Shown one piece after another: positions 46,760 to 58,191 of a DNA stretch of 64,000 bases. Position numbers and translations under genes: made by a program. Positions within the stretch are counted from its first letter, which is position 1, and each line of letters opens with the position of its first letter. The notes below the pieces were generated by a model. That model made no database searches and was not told the origin of the DNA. It saw nothing but the letters and a program-made list of their open reading frames with translations. Source of the stretch: an uncultured bacterium (lineage in GTDB: Bacteria; Babelota; Babeliae; Babelales; Babelaceae); contig CAVRKK010000002.1 of the NCBI GenBank assembly GCA_963722385.1, forward strand, positions 256,001 to 320,000, given 5' to 3'.

Positions 46760-49045
46760 ATGTTATTCCATAGAGGCCATTTTTACGCTCTCCTGCTCTC
46801 CGTTATTCTTACTATTTTAACGAGCATGCATGCCAATACAGTAACTTTATCAGGAGCGACATCGTATGGGTTACCAAGTGGCTCTAGCACGCCTTATTCA
46901 GTAGCGTTTTCACCTAACGGTTCCTATCTTGCTGTTGCTAATGACGGCTCAGCTAGTGTAACGATATTTCAAGTAGGAGCAGGAATTTTATCAGATGGTA
47001 TATCTTCTGCGTTGCCTTCCGGTTCCACAAATCCTTCTTCGGTAGCATTCTCGCCTGATGGCTCATATCTTGCTACGGCTAATTTTAACTCAAATGATGT
47101 AACGATATTTCAAGTACAAGCGGGAGGGGCATTATCAGGAGCAACAAGCTATGCATTGCCAAGCGGTTCTATGTTCCCTCTATCGGTAGCATTTTCACCT
47201 AATGGTTCATATCTTGCTACTGCTAATGACGGTTCAAATAATGTAACGATATTTCAAGTAGGGGCAGGAGGAGTGCTATCAGGAGCAACTTCGTACACAG
47301 TATCAGGCGGTTCTTATTCAGTGGCATTTTCACCTGATGGGTCTTATCTTGCTGTCGCTAATCAAAGTTCTAATGATGTAACAATGTTTACTGTGGGGGC
47401 AGGAGGGGTCTTAAGCGGTGGCACAGCGTATGCTTTACCAGCTGGTTCTGGTGGTCCTGCCGGAGTAGCATTTTCACCAAACAGCTCATATCTTGCTACT
47501 GCTAATGAAAATTCATCTGATGTAACACTATTTCAAGTAGGAACGGGAGGAGTGTTATCGGGAGCAGTTTCTTATTCATTACCAAGTGGTTCTCTCGCAC
47601 CTGTATCAGTAGCCTTTTCACCTGATGGTACCTGCCTTGCTACTGCTAATGGTTCAGATGTAACGATATTTCAGGTAGCGTCAGAAGGCGTACTCAGTGG
47701 AGCAGCATCATATGCATTACCAAGTGGTTCTAATGGTTCCTCTTCGGTAACATTCTCACTCAACAGATTATATCTTGCTACATCTAACCAAAATTCTAAT
47801 GATGTAACAATATTCCAAGTGGAACAAACCACGAGCATTTCATATCACTTACCACCTGGCTCTACCCAGCCTGACTCAATAGCATTTGCATCTGATGATA
47901 AGCATTTTGCCACAGCCAACTACAACTCAAGCGATGTAACTTTATTCACAGTGAATGGTACTTCTTTGGTGTCAGAAATATCCTATAAATTACCTTCAGG
48001 ATCAATTAATCCATCTTCTATTGCTTTTTCATCTAATAATTCCTATGTTGCAACTACCAATAGCAATTCGCAAGATGTAACACTCTTCGCTTTAGTAAAT
48101 GACGCACTGGTAGCAGGTACTTCATATACCTTACCTGCAGGATCAACAAAACCAGCTTCAGTAGAATTCTCACCTAACGATTTTTATCTTGGAGTAGCTA
48201 ACAGCGCCTCAAACGATGTAACTGTATTTAAAGTAGTAGAAGGATCTTTACAAAGTGCTCTTTCTTATCCGTTACCTGCAGGCTCTTTACATCCTGTAAG
48301 TCTTTCTTTTTCTCCAGAAGGGATATATCTAGCAACAGCAAATGCCCATTCAAGCGATGTAACACTCTTCAAAGTAGTAGCAGGCAACTTAAGCAACGCT
48401 CTTTCATACGCTCTTCCAGCTGAGTCTCTCGAGCCTCAGTCAATTACTTTTTTTGCTAACAATAACAACCTTTTTCTTGCAACGTGTAATAGTGCATCAA
48501 ATGATGTAACAATCTTTACCGTGCACAACGATACTCTTGCTGATGGTCGTTCTTACTTATTACCACAAAATACGACAATGAATCCCCAATCTATTGCTTC
48601 TTCATTAAATGGCAACTATCTCGCTGTAGCTAATAGCAATTCAAGCAGCATTACTTTCTTTAATGCTACGGAAGGTACACTACAGCAACCAGCAACATAT
48701 TCGCTTCCCCCTAACTCAAGCTACTGTGTTAGTATCACCTTTTCGACAAGCGGTACCTATACGCTAACAGCTAACCTCTATTCAAATGATGTATCACTTA
48801 TACCAGTATTGCTTGGAAGCTCACAGGGCGATGGCGATGGATCAAGCGGTACAAGCGAAGATTCGGGTAGTCTACCTCTAGGGCTAATTATAGGCACTAC
48901 AGTAGGGATTCCTGTAGGGCTTACTGCTTTAACAGCAGCTACAGTAGGTACAATTTTGTTATTCTATAAGTATCGCCAGTACCACCACCGCGCTACCACC
49001 GCAAGCGTCAATTTTGATAAGCCATCAGTGGTCGAGGATCTCTAA
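46760..49045 (+). CDS. Secreted/membrane-anchored 14-blade beta-propeller repeat protein
   Basis: AAGGAG RBS, signal peptide, 14 repeats, TM helix, tail SVNFDKPSVVEDL. Confidence 0.92.
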   Translation: MLFHRGHFYALLLSVILTILTSMHANTVTLSGATSYGLPSGSSTPYSVAFSPNGSYLAVANDGSASVTIFQVGAGILSDGISSALPSGSTNPSSVAFSPDGSYLATANFNSNDVTIFQVQAGGALSGATSYALPSGSMFPLSVAFSPNGSYLATANDGSNNVTIFQVGAGGVLSGATSYTVSGGSYSVAFSPDGSYLAVANQSSNDVTMFTVGAGGVLSGGTAYALPAGSGGPAGVAFSPNSSYLATANENSSDVTLFQVGTGGVLSGAVSYSLPSGSLAPVSVAFSPDGTCLATANGSDVTIFQVASEGVLSGAASYALPSGSNGSSSVTFSLNRLYLATSNQNSNDVTIFQVEQTTSISYHLPPGSTQPDSIAFASDDKHFATANYNSSDVTLFTVNGTSLVSEISYKLPSGSINPSSIAFSSNNSYVATTNSNSQDVTLFALVNDALVAGTSYTLPAGSTKPASVEFSPNDFYLGVANSASNDVTVFKVVEGSLQSALSYPLPAGSLHPVSLSFSPEGIYLATANAHSSDVTLFKVVAGNLSNALSYALPAESLEPQSITFFANNNNLFLATCNSASNDVTIFTVHNDTLADGRSYLLPQNTTMNPQSIASSLNGNYLAVANSNSSSITFFNATEGTLQQPATYSLPPNSSYCVSITFSTSGTYTLTANLYSNDVSLIPVLLGSSQGDGDGSSGTSEDSGSLPLGLIIGTTVGIPVGLTALTAATVGTILLFYKYRQYHHRATTASVNFDKPSVVEDL

Positions 49046-49264
49046 AACCACTAAGATTTCATTGAAATAAGAAAATCAACAAGGCCAAGGTATCGATTAA
49101 GGATCGATTTAGGCGCACGATAAATTTTTTAGCACTTACATATATAACCATTGCCCTCTTAAACAAAATCAAATCTAGCTGTTTAGCTTTTTTGGTAATT
49201 TCTGATATACTAAAGATATCGATTACAAGGTCCTACACCTATTTTCAGCAGGGCAGCATACAAG

Positions 49265-51091
49265 ATGAAAGAAACTGGTTCCGCCGCCTTTGACGTTATT
49301 GTCGTAGGTGGAGGGCACGCTGGCATTGAAGCGGCGTATGCCGCAGCACGTCTGGGTTCACGCACCCTGATGATCACCCTTAATATTGACCGCATTGGCC
49401 ACATGCCATGCAACCCAGCTATTGGCGGGATTGGCAAGGGCCACATCGTCTTTGAGATCAGTGCTCTGGGCGGCCTTATGCCCCAACTTGCCACCAAAAC
49501 CTATCTGCAGGCCCGCATGCTCAATACGCGTAAGGGTCCCGCCGTCCAAGGGCTTCGCCTTCAGATCGATAAGGCAGCATACAACAAACTAAGCCGCCAG
49601 ATGCTTGAAAAGACCAAAAACTTAACCATTACCATGGGCATGGTAAATGAAATCTTATTCGATGGCCAAGGGCATGTCGCTGGCATAAAAACGCGCGAAG
49701 GTGCACACTACTCCTGCCGCGCGCTCGTTTTGACAACCGGGACATTCTTAAACGGCCTCGTGCATGTGGGCCATACCAACTATACTGCCGGCCGCCAAGG
49801 CGAAGAAGCAGCAACATCGCTCCCTGCATTTTTACGCAGCCTCGCGCTTGAGATGGGTCGTCTTAAAACGGGAACACCCGCGCGCGTTTTGCGCTCTAGC
49901 CTCGATTTTACCAAAATGGAAGTTCAGGGCTCAGATGAGCTGGAGCAACTTTTCGAATTTTACCCCCACAAGGTAACTCCCGTTCTGCCCTGCTATATTA
50001 CCAATACAACAACCGAAACACATGATATTATCAAAAAAAATGCGGAGCTCTCCCCCATTTACACAGGCAAGATAAAAGGGACAGCACCACGGTATTGTCC
50101 CTCAATCGAGGACAAGATTGCACGCTTTCCAACCAAGACAAGCCATCACGTATTCGTTGAGCCTGAAAGCTTAAGCAGCGAGGAGATGTACCCTAATGGC
50201 CTATCGACCGCGCTCCCCTTGCCGGCACAAGAAGAATTCTTGCGTACGATCCCTGGCTTCGAAAACGTCGTTATCACTCGCCCGGGCTACGCTATAGAAT
50301 ACGACTTCATAGCACCCCATCAACTTACCTCTACCCTCGAGGTCAAAAAATTTCCCGGACTCTTTCTTGCTGGCCAAATCAATGGCACCACCGGCTATGA
50401 AGAAGCCGCCGGGCAAGGCATCATCGCCGGTATCAATGCCCATGGAGCAGCCAAAGGGCTTGACCCGTTTATTCTAGACCGTAACGAAAGTTATATCGGC
50501 ATCATGATCAACGACCTGGTAAGCTTTGGCATTGACGAGCCTTACCGCATGTTTACCTCGCGCGCAGAAAGGCGCTTGCTCCTGCGTCAGGACAATGCTT
50601 TTATGCGCTTAGGCGAGCGCGCTTATCAGTGGGGGCTTATCGAAAAGCAGCTTTATCAGGACATGCTCAAAGAAAAAGAGGCAGTCGGACAGATCACCAA
50701 AAAATTACAAGGGACCCAGGGAATTGCTCTGACGCGCCTTTTATCGCAAGGAGACAGCAAAACGGTCATAGACCTCATTGCACATGAAGCTGGCGGTGCG
50801 CTTACGCCGCGGGCGCTTACCTCAATTTACGCCGAGCTTCTCTACGAGCCCTACCTTAAGCGTGAAGCGCGTGAGATTGAAAAAAGTATCTATTACCAGC
50901 AACTCGAAGTTCCGTCCACGTTTTCTTATGCGAATATTCCCGGGCTATCGGTCGAGCTCCAGCAAAAGCTTACCAAGCACCGGCCGCATACGATTGCCGA
51001 AGCGGCACTTATCCCTGGCATGACACCTGCAGCAATCTCGCTCCTCATTTTCAAAGTCCGTACCGCTCAGGGAGAGTGCCATGATTGCTAG
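49265..51091 (+). CDS. mnmG: tRNA uridine-34 modification enzyme MnmG
   Basis: GGGHAG, CNPAIGG, KTGTP, PRYCPSIE, GQINGTTGYEEAA. Confidence 0.97.
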   Translation: MKETGSAAFDVIVVGGGHAGIEAAYAAARLGSRTLMITLNIDRIGHMPCNPAIGGIGKGHIVFEISALGGLMPQLATKTYLQARMLNTRKGPAVQGLRLQIDKAAYNKLSRQMLEKTKNLTITMGMVNEILFDGQGHVAGIKTREGAHYSCRALVLTTGTFLNGLVHVGHTNYTAGRQGEEAATSLPAFLRSLALEMGRLKTGTPARVLRSSLDFTKMEVQGSDELEQLFEFYPHKVTPVLPCYITNTTTETHDIIKKNAELSPIYTGKIKGTAPRYCPSIEDKIARFPTKTSHHVFVEPESLSSEEMYPNGLSTALPLPAQEEFLRTIPGFENVVITRPGYAIEYDFIAPHQLTSTLEVKKFPGLFLAGQINGTTGYEEAAGQGIIAGINAHGAAKGLDPFILDRNESYIGIMINDLVSFGIDEPYRMFTSRAERRLLLRQDNAFMRLGERAYQWGLIEKQLYQDMLKEKEAVGQITKKLQGTQGIALTRLLSQGDSKTVIDLIAHEAGGALTPRALTSIYAELLYEPYLKREAREIEKSIYYQQLEVPSTFSYANIPGLSVELQQKLTKHRPHTIAEAALIPGMTPAAISLLIFKVRTAQGECHDC

Positions 51092-51884
51092 CATACATCC
51101 TCTGTCAATCACCCTCTACGGTCCGTTCACGATTCAGGGATACGGTATCGCGCTTGTGTGCTCACTTGTCGTTACATCATGGCTCATGTTTCGTCACCTT
51201 AAGCGCGTAATACCTATAACATTTGACACGTTTAGCTCTATCATCTGTCAATCAATTCTGGTTGGCATCGTCGGTGGTCGCTTGCTGCATGTTATAACCG
51301 AGCGGCATCTCTATACCAACCTGATCGATGTGCTCGCGGTGTGGCACGGCGGCCTCTCTATACTTGGCGCCGTTCTTGCTGTTTGTGCGTATATCGTATA
51401 TGCCTTAAGACAAAGAGCAATTCCACTTTTCCCTGCTTTAGATATTGCCGCGCTTTACCTACCTCTTGCCCATGCTGGTGGCCGCCTTGGTTGCTTATGG
51501 GCGGGCTGTTGCTCTGGTTTACCAACCTCATGGCCATGGGCTATTATGTACCATGGTACCACCTCAGGAGCACCGGTTGGCATCTCCTTACACCCAACGC
51601 AGATCTATAGCACCTTATGCTTCTTAATCCTTTTTGCGTTATTATACTTTTTATATGCACGCACTACCGTTATTAAACGCCCAGGGACACTCATTCTTTT
51701 GTACCTGCTTGGCGGTGCGGCCGAACGGTTTTCCCTTGATTTTTTACGCGATGATCGTATCATGGGACCTGCTACGCTCTTGTCATTCCACCAATGGCTT
51801 GCCTTGGGCGTTGGTGTTGTTGCATGTATCTTGCTGGCATGCGTAGGCCGGGTAAGCAAGAGGGGGAGATCAAGCAGTGCATAA
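51081..51884 (+). CDS. lgt: Prolipoprotein diacylglyceryl transferase
   Basis: VGGRLLHV, WHGGLSILG, GRLGC, HPTQIY, DFLR. Confidence 0.92.
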   Translation: MIASIHPLSITLYGPFTIQGYGIALVCSLVVTSWLMFRHLKRVIPITFDTFSSIICQSILVGIVGGRLLHVITERHLYTNLIDVLAVWHGGLSILGAVLAVCAYIVYALRQRAIPLFPALDIAALYLPLAHAGGRLGCLWAGCCSGLPTSWPWAIMYHGTTSGAPVGISLHPTQIYSTLCFLILFALLYFLYARTTVIKRPGTLILLYLLGGAAERFSLDFLRDDRIMGPATLLSFHQWLALGVGVVACILLACVGRVSKRGRSSSA

Positions 51885-53625
51885 AGATGGCATAAATATA
51901 TTTACTTTTATTAAATCGCGCCTGGCTATTATGGACGTAGTGCAGGAATACGTAACGCTTAAAAAAGCGGGCCTTTACTATAAGGGCCGCTGCCCCTTCC
52001 ACCACGAGCGAACAGGTTCCTTTACCGTAAGCCCGCACCGGGAAATTTTTTATTGCTTTGGCTGTCACAAGGGTGGCGATGTCGTTGCTTTTATTGCCGA
52101 GGCGGAGCATTGTACGCAGATAGAGGCTGTTAAGCACTTAGCTGAGCGCTATTCATTAACATTGCCGGCTACTCTTGAACGTGAAGCACACGGATCAAGC
52201 ATTGAGGCGCAACGGCGCCATAACCAGCTGTGCGCTGCCTTTGCACAATGGTGCCATAAGCAACTCTTTAAGCACAAGCCAGCGTACACCTATTGCCGTG
52301 AGCGGGGGCTCAGCGATCAGAGCTTAAAAAGCTTTACGGTGGGGTACTTTCCCGAGCATTGCCTTGATGATATGCTTGAAGCTCTTAACAGGGAAGGCTT
52401 TCTCGCAACTGATCTTATTAATGCGCATATACTCAACAAGGGCAAAATGGGCATTTACTCGCCCTTTGCAAACCGCGTACTTTTTCCAATCAAGGACTAC
52501 CTTGGGCGTACGTGCGGTTTTGGGGGACGAGTTTTTCAGCCCGATGACCAGCGCCCAAAATATTATAATTCCCAAGATCATCCCTTTTTTAGCAAAGGGA
52601 ATATCTTATTCGGCCTCGATGTGTCCAAAAAAGCTATCCAAGAGAAGCAAACGGTTTACCTCGTCGAGGGATACCTTGATTGCATAGCCATGGTACAAGC
52701 AGGCTATACGAACACGGTGGCAACGCTCGGTACCGCTTGCACGTTTGACCACCTGAAGCTTCTTGCCCGTTACGCTCACACCTTGCATGCTATGTACGAT
52801 GGTGATACGGCGGGGCAACAAGCCCTCATCAAGCTCGCTCGCTTGACCTGGGACGTGAACATGGAACTTTCCGTGATCCCATTGCCAGAGGATGAAGACC
52901 CAGCCTCAATTTTGCTCAACCAGCATGACCTGGGGCAGCATATTGCTCAAGCACAAGATATCTTTGTCTTTTTTATTCAGCGCTTGGGTTCAGCGTATCA
53001 AAACAAGCCGATGCATGAGCGGATGACACTTATAGAAGAGGTTCTCGAAACTATAGCGCTCTTGGACAACCCGCTTAAGCAGAACTTTTTGCTCCAAAAA
53101 GCAGCAACGACCTTTTCTCTCCCGCTTGAAATTTTAACCGATCGCATGCACAAAGCTCCCTTGCCGATCTCGACGATCAAGCAGCAGGACGAGGTACGTA
53201 TGGCGTACCAGCCACCGCCCTTTGAGCATAAGCTCTTCATAGGGCTCCTCAAGCATGCCGGAAAATTAAACAGCGAGGATGAGCAGTTGATCAGAAAGTT
53301 GTGCTTGCCACCACTTGCGCTCCTTATCGAAGCTTTGCTGGCTACGCCAGCAAGCACTGACCGCGTAAGCACTTTTTTAGAGAGCCTTGACGCCAGTCAA
53401 CGGGAGCTTGCAATAAAGCTCATTATTCAGGGGGAAGAAGAACCGGCGGTTGAGCTCCATGAGCTCCTTGCTCTATTATGGAAAAAGGAATGGAAAACAA
53501 TGGCGGGAGATTTTAAAATCCGCCTGGCCATTGCCGAGCAGGCACAGGATGGGCGCTTGCGCAGTGAAATTGCCACAGAATTTAGCCAACTAAAGCAAAA
53601 AATGAAAGAAAGGGGGATTTTATGA
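51877..53625 (+). CDS. dnaG: DNA primase
   Basis: CPFHHE..CFGC zinc finger, KYYNS, EGYLD, YDGD. Confidence 0.96.
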   Translation: MHKDGINIFTFIKSRLAIMDVVQEYVTLKKAGLYYKGRCPFHHERTGSFTVSPHREIFYCFGCHKGGDVVAFIAEAEHCTQIEAVKHLAERYSLTLPATLEREAHGSSIEAQRRHNQLCAAFAQWCHKQLFKHKPAYTYCRERGLSDQSLKSFTVGYFPEHCLDDMLEALNREGFLATDLINAHILNKGKMGIYSPFANRVLFPIKDYLGRTCGFGGRVFQPDDQRPKYYNSQDHPFFSKGNILFGLDVSKKAIQEKQTVYLVEGYLDCIAMVQAGYTNTVATLGTACTFDHLKLLARYAHTLHAMYDGDTAGQQALIKLARLTWDVNMELSVIPLPEDEDPASILLNQHDLGQHIAQAQDIFVFFIQRLGSAYQNKPMHERMTLIEEVLETIALLDNPLKQNFLLQKAATTFSLPLEILTDRMHKAPLPISTIKQQDEVRMAYQPPPFEHKLFIGLLKHAGKLNSEDEQLIRKLCLPPLALLIEALLATPASTDRVSTFLESLDASQRELAIKLIIQGEEEPAVELHELLALLWKKEWKTMAGDFKIRLAIAEQAQDGRLRSEIATEFSQLKQKMKERGIL

Positions 53626-55523
53626 CCGCTGTTAAAAAAACTAAGAAAGCAGAGCCTAAAACAAAGACCAAGCCTGTTGCCAAAGAAGAGGAACACCACA
53701 GCCCCGAAGAGCTTGCCGAATCACTTTTGGAGAAGGGCCGAAAAAGTGGTATTTTGACGTATGAAGAAGTGCTCGCATTCGGCGAGCGCAACCATATCAG
53801 CGAAGCGGATCTCAACGACATATTTAAGCTTATTGATAAAGAAAATATCGAAATGGCTATGCAAGCTGAGCTTGAAACGGAGGCTGAGCTGGTACCTTTT
53901 GAAACTGAAGAAACTGAAAAGCGTCTGCCCTTGCGCACGCATATTGTTGAATCGCTCGCCTATACCGAAGAAGAAGCCGAGGAAGAAGAGACGGAGTCTG
54001 AAGAAGAAGAGCGCGAAATTATTCGTGATGGCGGCGAATATGGCTATATTGCCGACAGCGTTAAGGGGTATCTGCGCGACATTGGTAAGATCCCTTTATT
54101 AAATAAGAAGACTGAGACGGTTATTGCCGATCAAATAGCAACCTGCAAACGTAAGTCAATTGAAGCGATTTCAAACTTTCCCTTTTTGCATAAAGAGCTC
54201 GTGCAGCTTGGTGAAAAAGTTGCCAAAGAAAGCATGGCGCTCAAAGATATTATTCAATTTTCAGAATTTGACGAAGAAAATCTACCAAAGTATGAAGAAG
54301 AAAAAAAGAGCTTTTTAGATACGGTTGAGACGATCAAAGAGCTGATCCTCAACGAGCAAAAAATTTATGAAAGCTATCGCGGCAAGCTCGATACACAGGC
54401 TAAAAAGCAGGAAATGCTTGGAGCCGTACGAAAAAACCGAGAAACTATTAGCGCAACGATACAAAGTATCAAACTGTCAAATAAGCTCGTGCGCCGGTTT
54501 GCAAAAAAGATCGAGCGCATCATTTATAAAATTGAAGAGCGGCAAAGCTTTATTAAAGAGCATGAGCCACAGCTTGATACCATGGAAAACAAGGCGGAAC
54601 GAGCGGAGCTTGAGCGGCAAGTGAGAGGCGCCAACAAAGGGATCCGCAAGCTCGAGCAAGAAGCTGGTATCCCGCTTGAAAGCATTCTTTTTTACCATAA
54701 TCAGCTCGTTGATTGCCAATACAAAGATAAAAAGGCAAAAGATGACCTGGCCCGTGCTAATCTTCGCTTGGTCGTGAATATCGCCAAGAAATATGTCAAT
54801 CGCGGCCTGCACTTTTTAGACCTGATCCAGGAAGGCAATATAGGCCTCTTGAAAGCGGTTGAAAAATTTGAATTTGAGCGCGGCTACAAATTTTCTACCT
54901 ATGCCACCTGGTGGATTAGGCAAGCGATCACGCGTGCTATTGCTGACCAATCAAGAACGATTCGTTTGCCCGTTCATATGGTAGAGACGCTTAACAAGAT
55001 CAACAAAATCAAGCGCACGTTCTTGCAAGAGCATGGGCGCGAGCCGACGTATGCCGAGCTGTCTAAAGAGCTCAATACCGATGAAAAGAAAATAAAAAAT
55101 ATCATCAAGATATCGAAAGAGCCAATTTCACTTGAGACACCGGTCGGTGATAGCGAAGATGCGTTTATCAAAGACTTTATTGAAAACGAAAATGAACTCT
55201 CGCCTGCTGAAGCGGTCGTGAGCAACGATTTGAAAGAGCGCGTGAGAAAGGTACTCAAGACATTGACGCCCCGTGAAGAAAAAGTGCTAAAAATGCGCTT
55301 CGGCATAGACGTTGCTTCAGAGCATACCTTGGAAGAGGTCGGCAAAGACTTTGGGGTAACACGCGAGCGGGTGCGGCAAATTGAGGTAAAAGCATTGCGC
55401 AAGCTCAGGCATCCTTCCCGCAGCAAGGAGCTGATGCCCTTTCTGGAAAAAGAGCTCAGCCTTCTTGAAAGTGAGGCTGATGACATAGAAGAAGATGATA
55501 ACGATATGGAAGATGATGAGTAA
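53622..55523 (+). CDS. rpoD: RNA polymerase sigma factor RpoD
   Basis: [41 protein letters not shown]; follows dnaG. Confidence 0.97.
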   Translation: MTAVKKTKKAEPKTKTKPVAKEEEHHSPEELAESLLEKGRKSGILTYEEVLAFGERNHISEADLNDIFKLIDKENIEMAMQAELETEAELVPFETEETEKRLPLRTHIVESLAYTEEEAEEEETESEEEEREIIRDGGEYGYIADSVKGYLRDIGKIPLLNKKTETVIADQIATCKRKSIEAISNFPFLHKELVQLGEKVAKESMALKDIIQFSEFDEENLPKYEEEKKSFLDTVETIKELILNEQKIYESYRGKLDTQAKKQEMLGAVRKNRETISATIQSIKLSNKLVRRFAKKIERIIYKIEERQSFIKEHEPQLDTMENKAERAELERQVRGANKGIRKLEQEAGIPLESILFYHNQLVDCQYKDKKAKDDLARANLRLVVNIAKKYVNRGLHFLDLIQEGNIGLLKAVEKFEFERGYKFSTYATWWIRQAITRAIADQSRTIRLPVHMVETLNKINKIKRTFLQEHGREPTYAELSKELNTDEKKIKNIIKISKEPISLETPVGDSEDAFIKDFIENENELSPAEAVVSNDLKERVRKVLKTLTPREEKVLKMRFGIDVASEHTLEEVGKDFGVTRERVRQIEVKALRKLRHPSRSKELMPFLEKELSLLESEADDIEEDDNDMEDDE

Positions 55524-55590
55524 GAATTTTTAAGCATTGCTCAAGAAAAAAAAGCACGTTATGCTGACGTAGAAAAAAATAAAAAATGAT

Positions 55591-56928
55591 GTGATTATGG
55601 GATTTATGAGCAGCGGTTATTGTGGCCACAGTAGTTTATCAGCCGACATAGTTATATTTGGTGCATCGTTATCTTTTTGTGCCTTGACGGCATTTTTAGA
55701 AACAACGATTACCACGTTGCGCTTATTTAAGCTCAAGGAACTTGCGCAAGAATCAGGACGCTATCAGGGGCTTTTTGACTCTCTTGAAAAAAACCAAGGG
55801 CGAGTGCTCACCACGATCTTGATTGCCAAAAGCTTGGCAGATGTTACGGCAGCTACCTTTGGCGCTGAACTTATGGGCAAGCTTTTGGCTCCTTTGCCTG
55901 ATACGATTGAAATATGGCTGGGTATCGCCATTGTGACGGCACTTATACTCATGGTGGGCGAAATCATTCCAAAAATTGTTGCAAAAGCATATGGCGAGCG
56001 ATTTTTTGCCTCAACACTTGGTATTACCAACCTGATGTACTATGCGCTGTACCCATTAGTAACTTCGTTCATATTTACGGCAAATTGGGTTGTCGACAAG
56101 CTCTTTGGCAGCGTAAAACATGAAAGCACTGAATACGTAACCTCCGAAAAAGAGATTCGGTTTTTGATCGACTATATAACGCAAAAAGGGATTATGGAGG
56201 GGGAGAAAACGGTAATGATCAGGAGCATTTTTGACCTTGGCACAACACCCGTGCGCGAGATCATGGTTCCTGCCACTTCTATTGTATCAATTGAGGTAGC
56301 GACCCCACTACAAGAAGCGCTTGATATCTTTAATCGCTATCAATTTTCGCGCTTGCCTACGTATGTTGATGCGCCCGAAAATATTATTGGTATGTTACAC
56401 CTTAAGGATCTTTGCGCCCTGCTTACGACGGGTCAAGACAAGCCCTTGCGTGATATTATACGTCCGATTCTCTTTATACCGGAGACTATTAAGGTTAACC
56501 AGCTTCTGAAAGAATTTAAGCACCAAAATATGCATATCGCGATGGTCATTAATGAGTATGGCAGTATTATTGGTCTTGTTACGCTGGAAGACGTGCTTGA
56601 AGAAATTGTGGGAGAGATCAGAGACGAGTACGAATCGGTACCTCAGAAGATAATTAATCTTAAGCCAGGAAGCTGGCTTGCGGATTCCAGCATCGAACTC
56701 AAAGACTTAGCGCCGATGTTGGATATATCATTTGAAACAGAAAGTTCGCAAACTCTAGGCGGATTTCTTAATGAACAGTTTCAGCACCTGCCCAAGAAAG
56801 GCGAGCGGTTGGTTTATAAAACGTATTGTTTTCAGATACAACAAGCGGGGGCAAAGCGCGTTTTACAAGTGCTTATTGTTAAAGAATTTATCAAAGAGCT
56901 TGCCCACAACCCGATCAATATCGCCTGA
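55591..56928 (+). CDS. CNNM/CorC (hemolysin-family) CBS-domain membrane protein
   Basis: GEIIPK, FSRLP, TLEDVLEEIVGEIRDE, TLGGF. Confidence 0.9.
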   Translation: MIMGFMSSGYCGHSSLSADIVIFGASLSFCALTAFLETTITTLRLFKLKELAQESGRYQGLFDSLEKNQGRVLTTILIAKSLADVTAATFGAELMGKLLAPLPDTIEIWLGIAIVTALILMVGEIIPKIVAKAYGERFFASTLGITNLMYYALYPLVTSFIFTANWVVDKLFGSVKHESTEYVTSEKEIRFLIDYITQKGIMEGEKTVMIRSIFDLGTTPVREIMVPATSIVSIEVATPLQEALDIFNRYQFSRLPTYVDAPENIIGMLHLKDLCALLTTGQDKPLRDIIRPILFIPETIKVNQLLKEFKHQNMHIAMVINEYGSIIGLVTLEDVLEEIVGEIRDEYESVPQKIINLKPGSWLADSSIELKDLAPMLDISFETESSQTLGGFLNEQFQHLPKKGERLVYKTYCFQIQQAGAKRVLQVLIVKEFIKELAHNPINIA

Positions 56929-56932
56929 TCTA

Positions 56933-57361
56933 TCAAAGGCTATAAATTTGCGTTAAAAAAGCATGCGCCGTGTCGAGCAATCTCACCGCGTTATCATAGG
57001 TAAGCACCTGCCGTGCTTCCTCGTAGGGTAGCCAGCGAAATGCCGTGTGCTCTTCGGATAAAACAACGTCCTGTGTAGGCGCTGGAGCAACAAAAAATGT
57101 TACCTCTTTGCTTACCGGCTCGCCCTCACGGCTCTTAAAGCGGTAAAATATTTTATGTTCGAAGCCAGGGTCAAGCTGAACGGTCAAGCCTGTCTCTTCT
57201 CTAACTTCCCGAACAGCGGCCATTTCATTTGTCTCGCCAACTTCAAGCTTGCCTTTGGCAAAATCCCAATGGCTTCTGCCATATTGTAAGACTAAGTATA
57301 CTAATTTCTGGTCTGCGCCTTTGTAATAGACAACAGCGCCTGCTGAAAATTCTCTTTTCAT
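56933..57361 (-). CDS. NUDIX hydrolase (Ap4A hydrolase-like)
   Basis: KGKLEVGETNEMAAVREVREETG Nudix box, LSEEH; start MKREFSAG. Confidence 0.9.
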   Translation of the reverse strand: MKREFSAGAVVYYKGADQKLVYLVLQYGRSHWDFAKGKLEVGETNEMAAVREVREETGLTVQLDPGFEHKIFYRFKSREGEPVSKEVTFFVAPAPTQDVVLSEEHTAFRWLPYEEARQVLTYDNAVRLLDTAHAFLTQIYSL

Positions 57362-57562
57362 CCCAAAAATGTCCCTCTGTAGCTGGCTTGCCTTGATGGA
57401 TACCAGATCCAAAAACTACTTTTGGCCAAGCGCACGAGGCGTAATACCTAAAGCACGTGAGCCTTGACCGATTGTAGCGCTACTATTTTCCTCATTACCT
57501 ACTATACCAGCAATCTGCCGTGAATACTATAATAAAGCATGGCTTTTTGCTAAGACGTACAG

Positions 57563-57922
57563 CTAGAGCTTCTCAAGCTTTGCCGAAATACCATCATGGG
57601 CATCTACAACCGTAATCTTCACCGGCCCCCATGGCAACTGGCTTGATTTAAAAAATACTCCCTTTGGCTTTCCTCCCGCTTGAGGCGCAAGTGAAATATG
57701 CTTTACATGCAGATTTCCATGTACTGAACGCCACTTTCTTGGCACGAGTCCCGAAGCGCCCGACTTAAGGTCGAAATAATCATCAGCACCTATAAACGTG
57801 TACTCAATATGAACCTTGACATCAACTTTACTCTCATTAGCAAAATAAATGTCACCCACGGCCATCACATTTCCCGCCGTTGCTAAGCCTGCTAGAATCA
57901 TAGGAATTAACCTCATTACCAT
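57563..57922 (-). CDS. Small secreted hypothetical protein
   Basis: AAGGAG RBS, signal peptide, beta-rich mature part. Confidence 0.7.
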   Translation of the reverse strand: MVMRLIPMILAGLATAGNVMAVGDIYFANESKVDVKVHIEYTFIGADDYFDLKSGASGLVPRKWRSVHGNLHVKHISLAPQAGGKPKGVFFKSSQLPWGPVKITVVDAHDGISAKLEKL

Positions 57923-58191
57923 CTCCTTAGATAAAAATATAATACTTATAGCATTAACTTAGCACAAATAGAATTAATAATTCAAGATCAGAATTTTTAT
58001 CTTATCAATAGCCAAATTGGTAACTTCAGATGTCATTTTTAATTTTCCATGTTTAAGATATTTCCGTAAAATAATTTGCTTAATCAATAAATATCGGGTA
58101 ATATTCAATAAATTAAAGCGAGATAGGCAAGAAGTAAGGACTCGGTAGTAATGAGGGGTGTACGCAACCTTTTATTACGAGGACTGGCTTT

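Noticed and set aside
44160..47830. CRISPR-like periodic repeats
   Set aside because: The period of about 144 nt is in-frame, degenerate protein blade repeats; no constant repeat with unique spacers and no cas genes
45180..49045. Diversity-generating retroelement (template/variable repeat) suggested by the near-identical 3' halves
   Set aside because: In the segments compared, differences are mostly synonymous and not adenine-specific; both copies are coding; no reverse transcriptase in the window
49030..49045. KDEL-type ER retention signal at the propeller C-terminus
   Set aside because: The sequence is VEDL/VEDF, not xDEL, and lies on the cytosolic side of the TM helix
54974..55537. Ser-rich 187-aa antisense ORF, and similar shadows over prfA, nupC, sufS and the toxin
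   Set aside because: Mirror of Glu/Asp codons of rpoD; the other shadows likewise lie opposite well-supported genes
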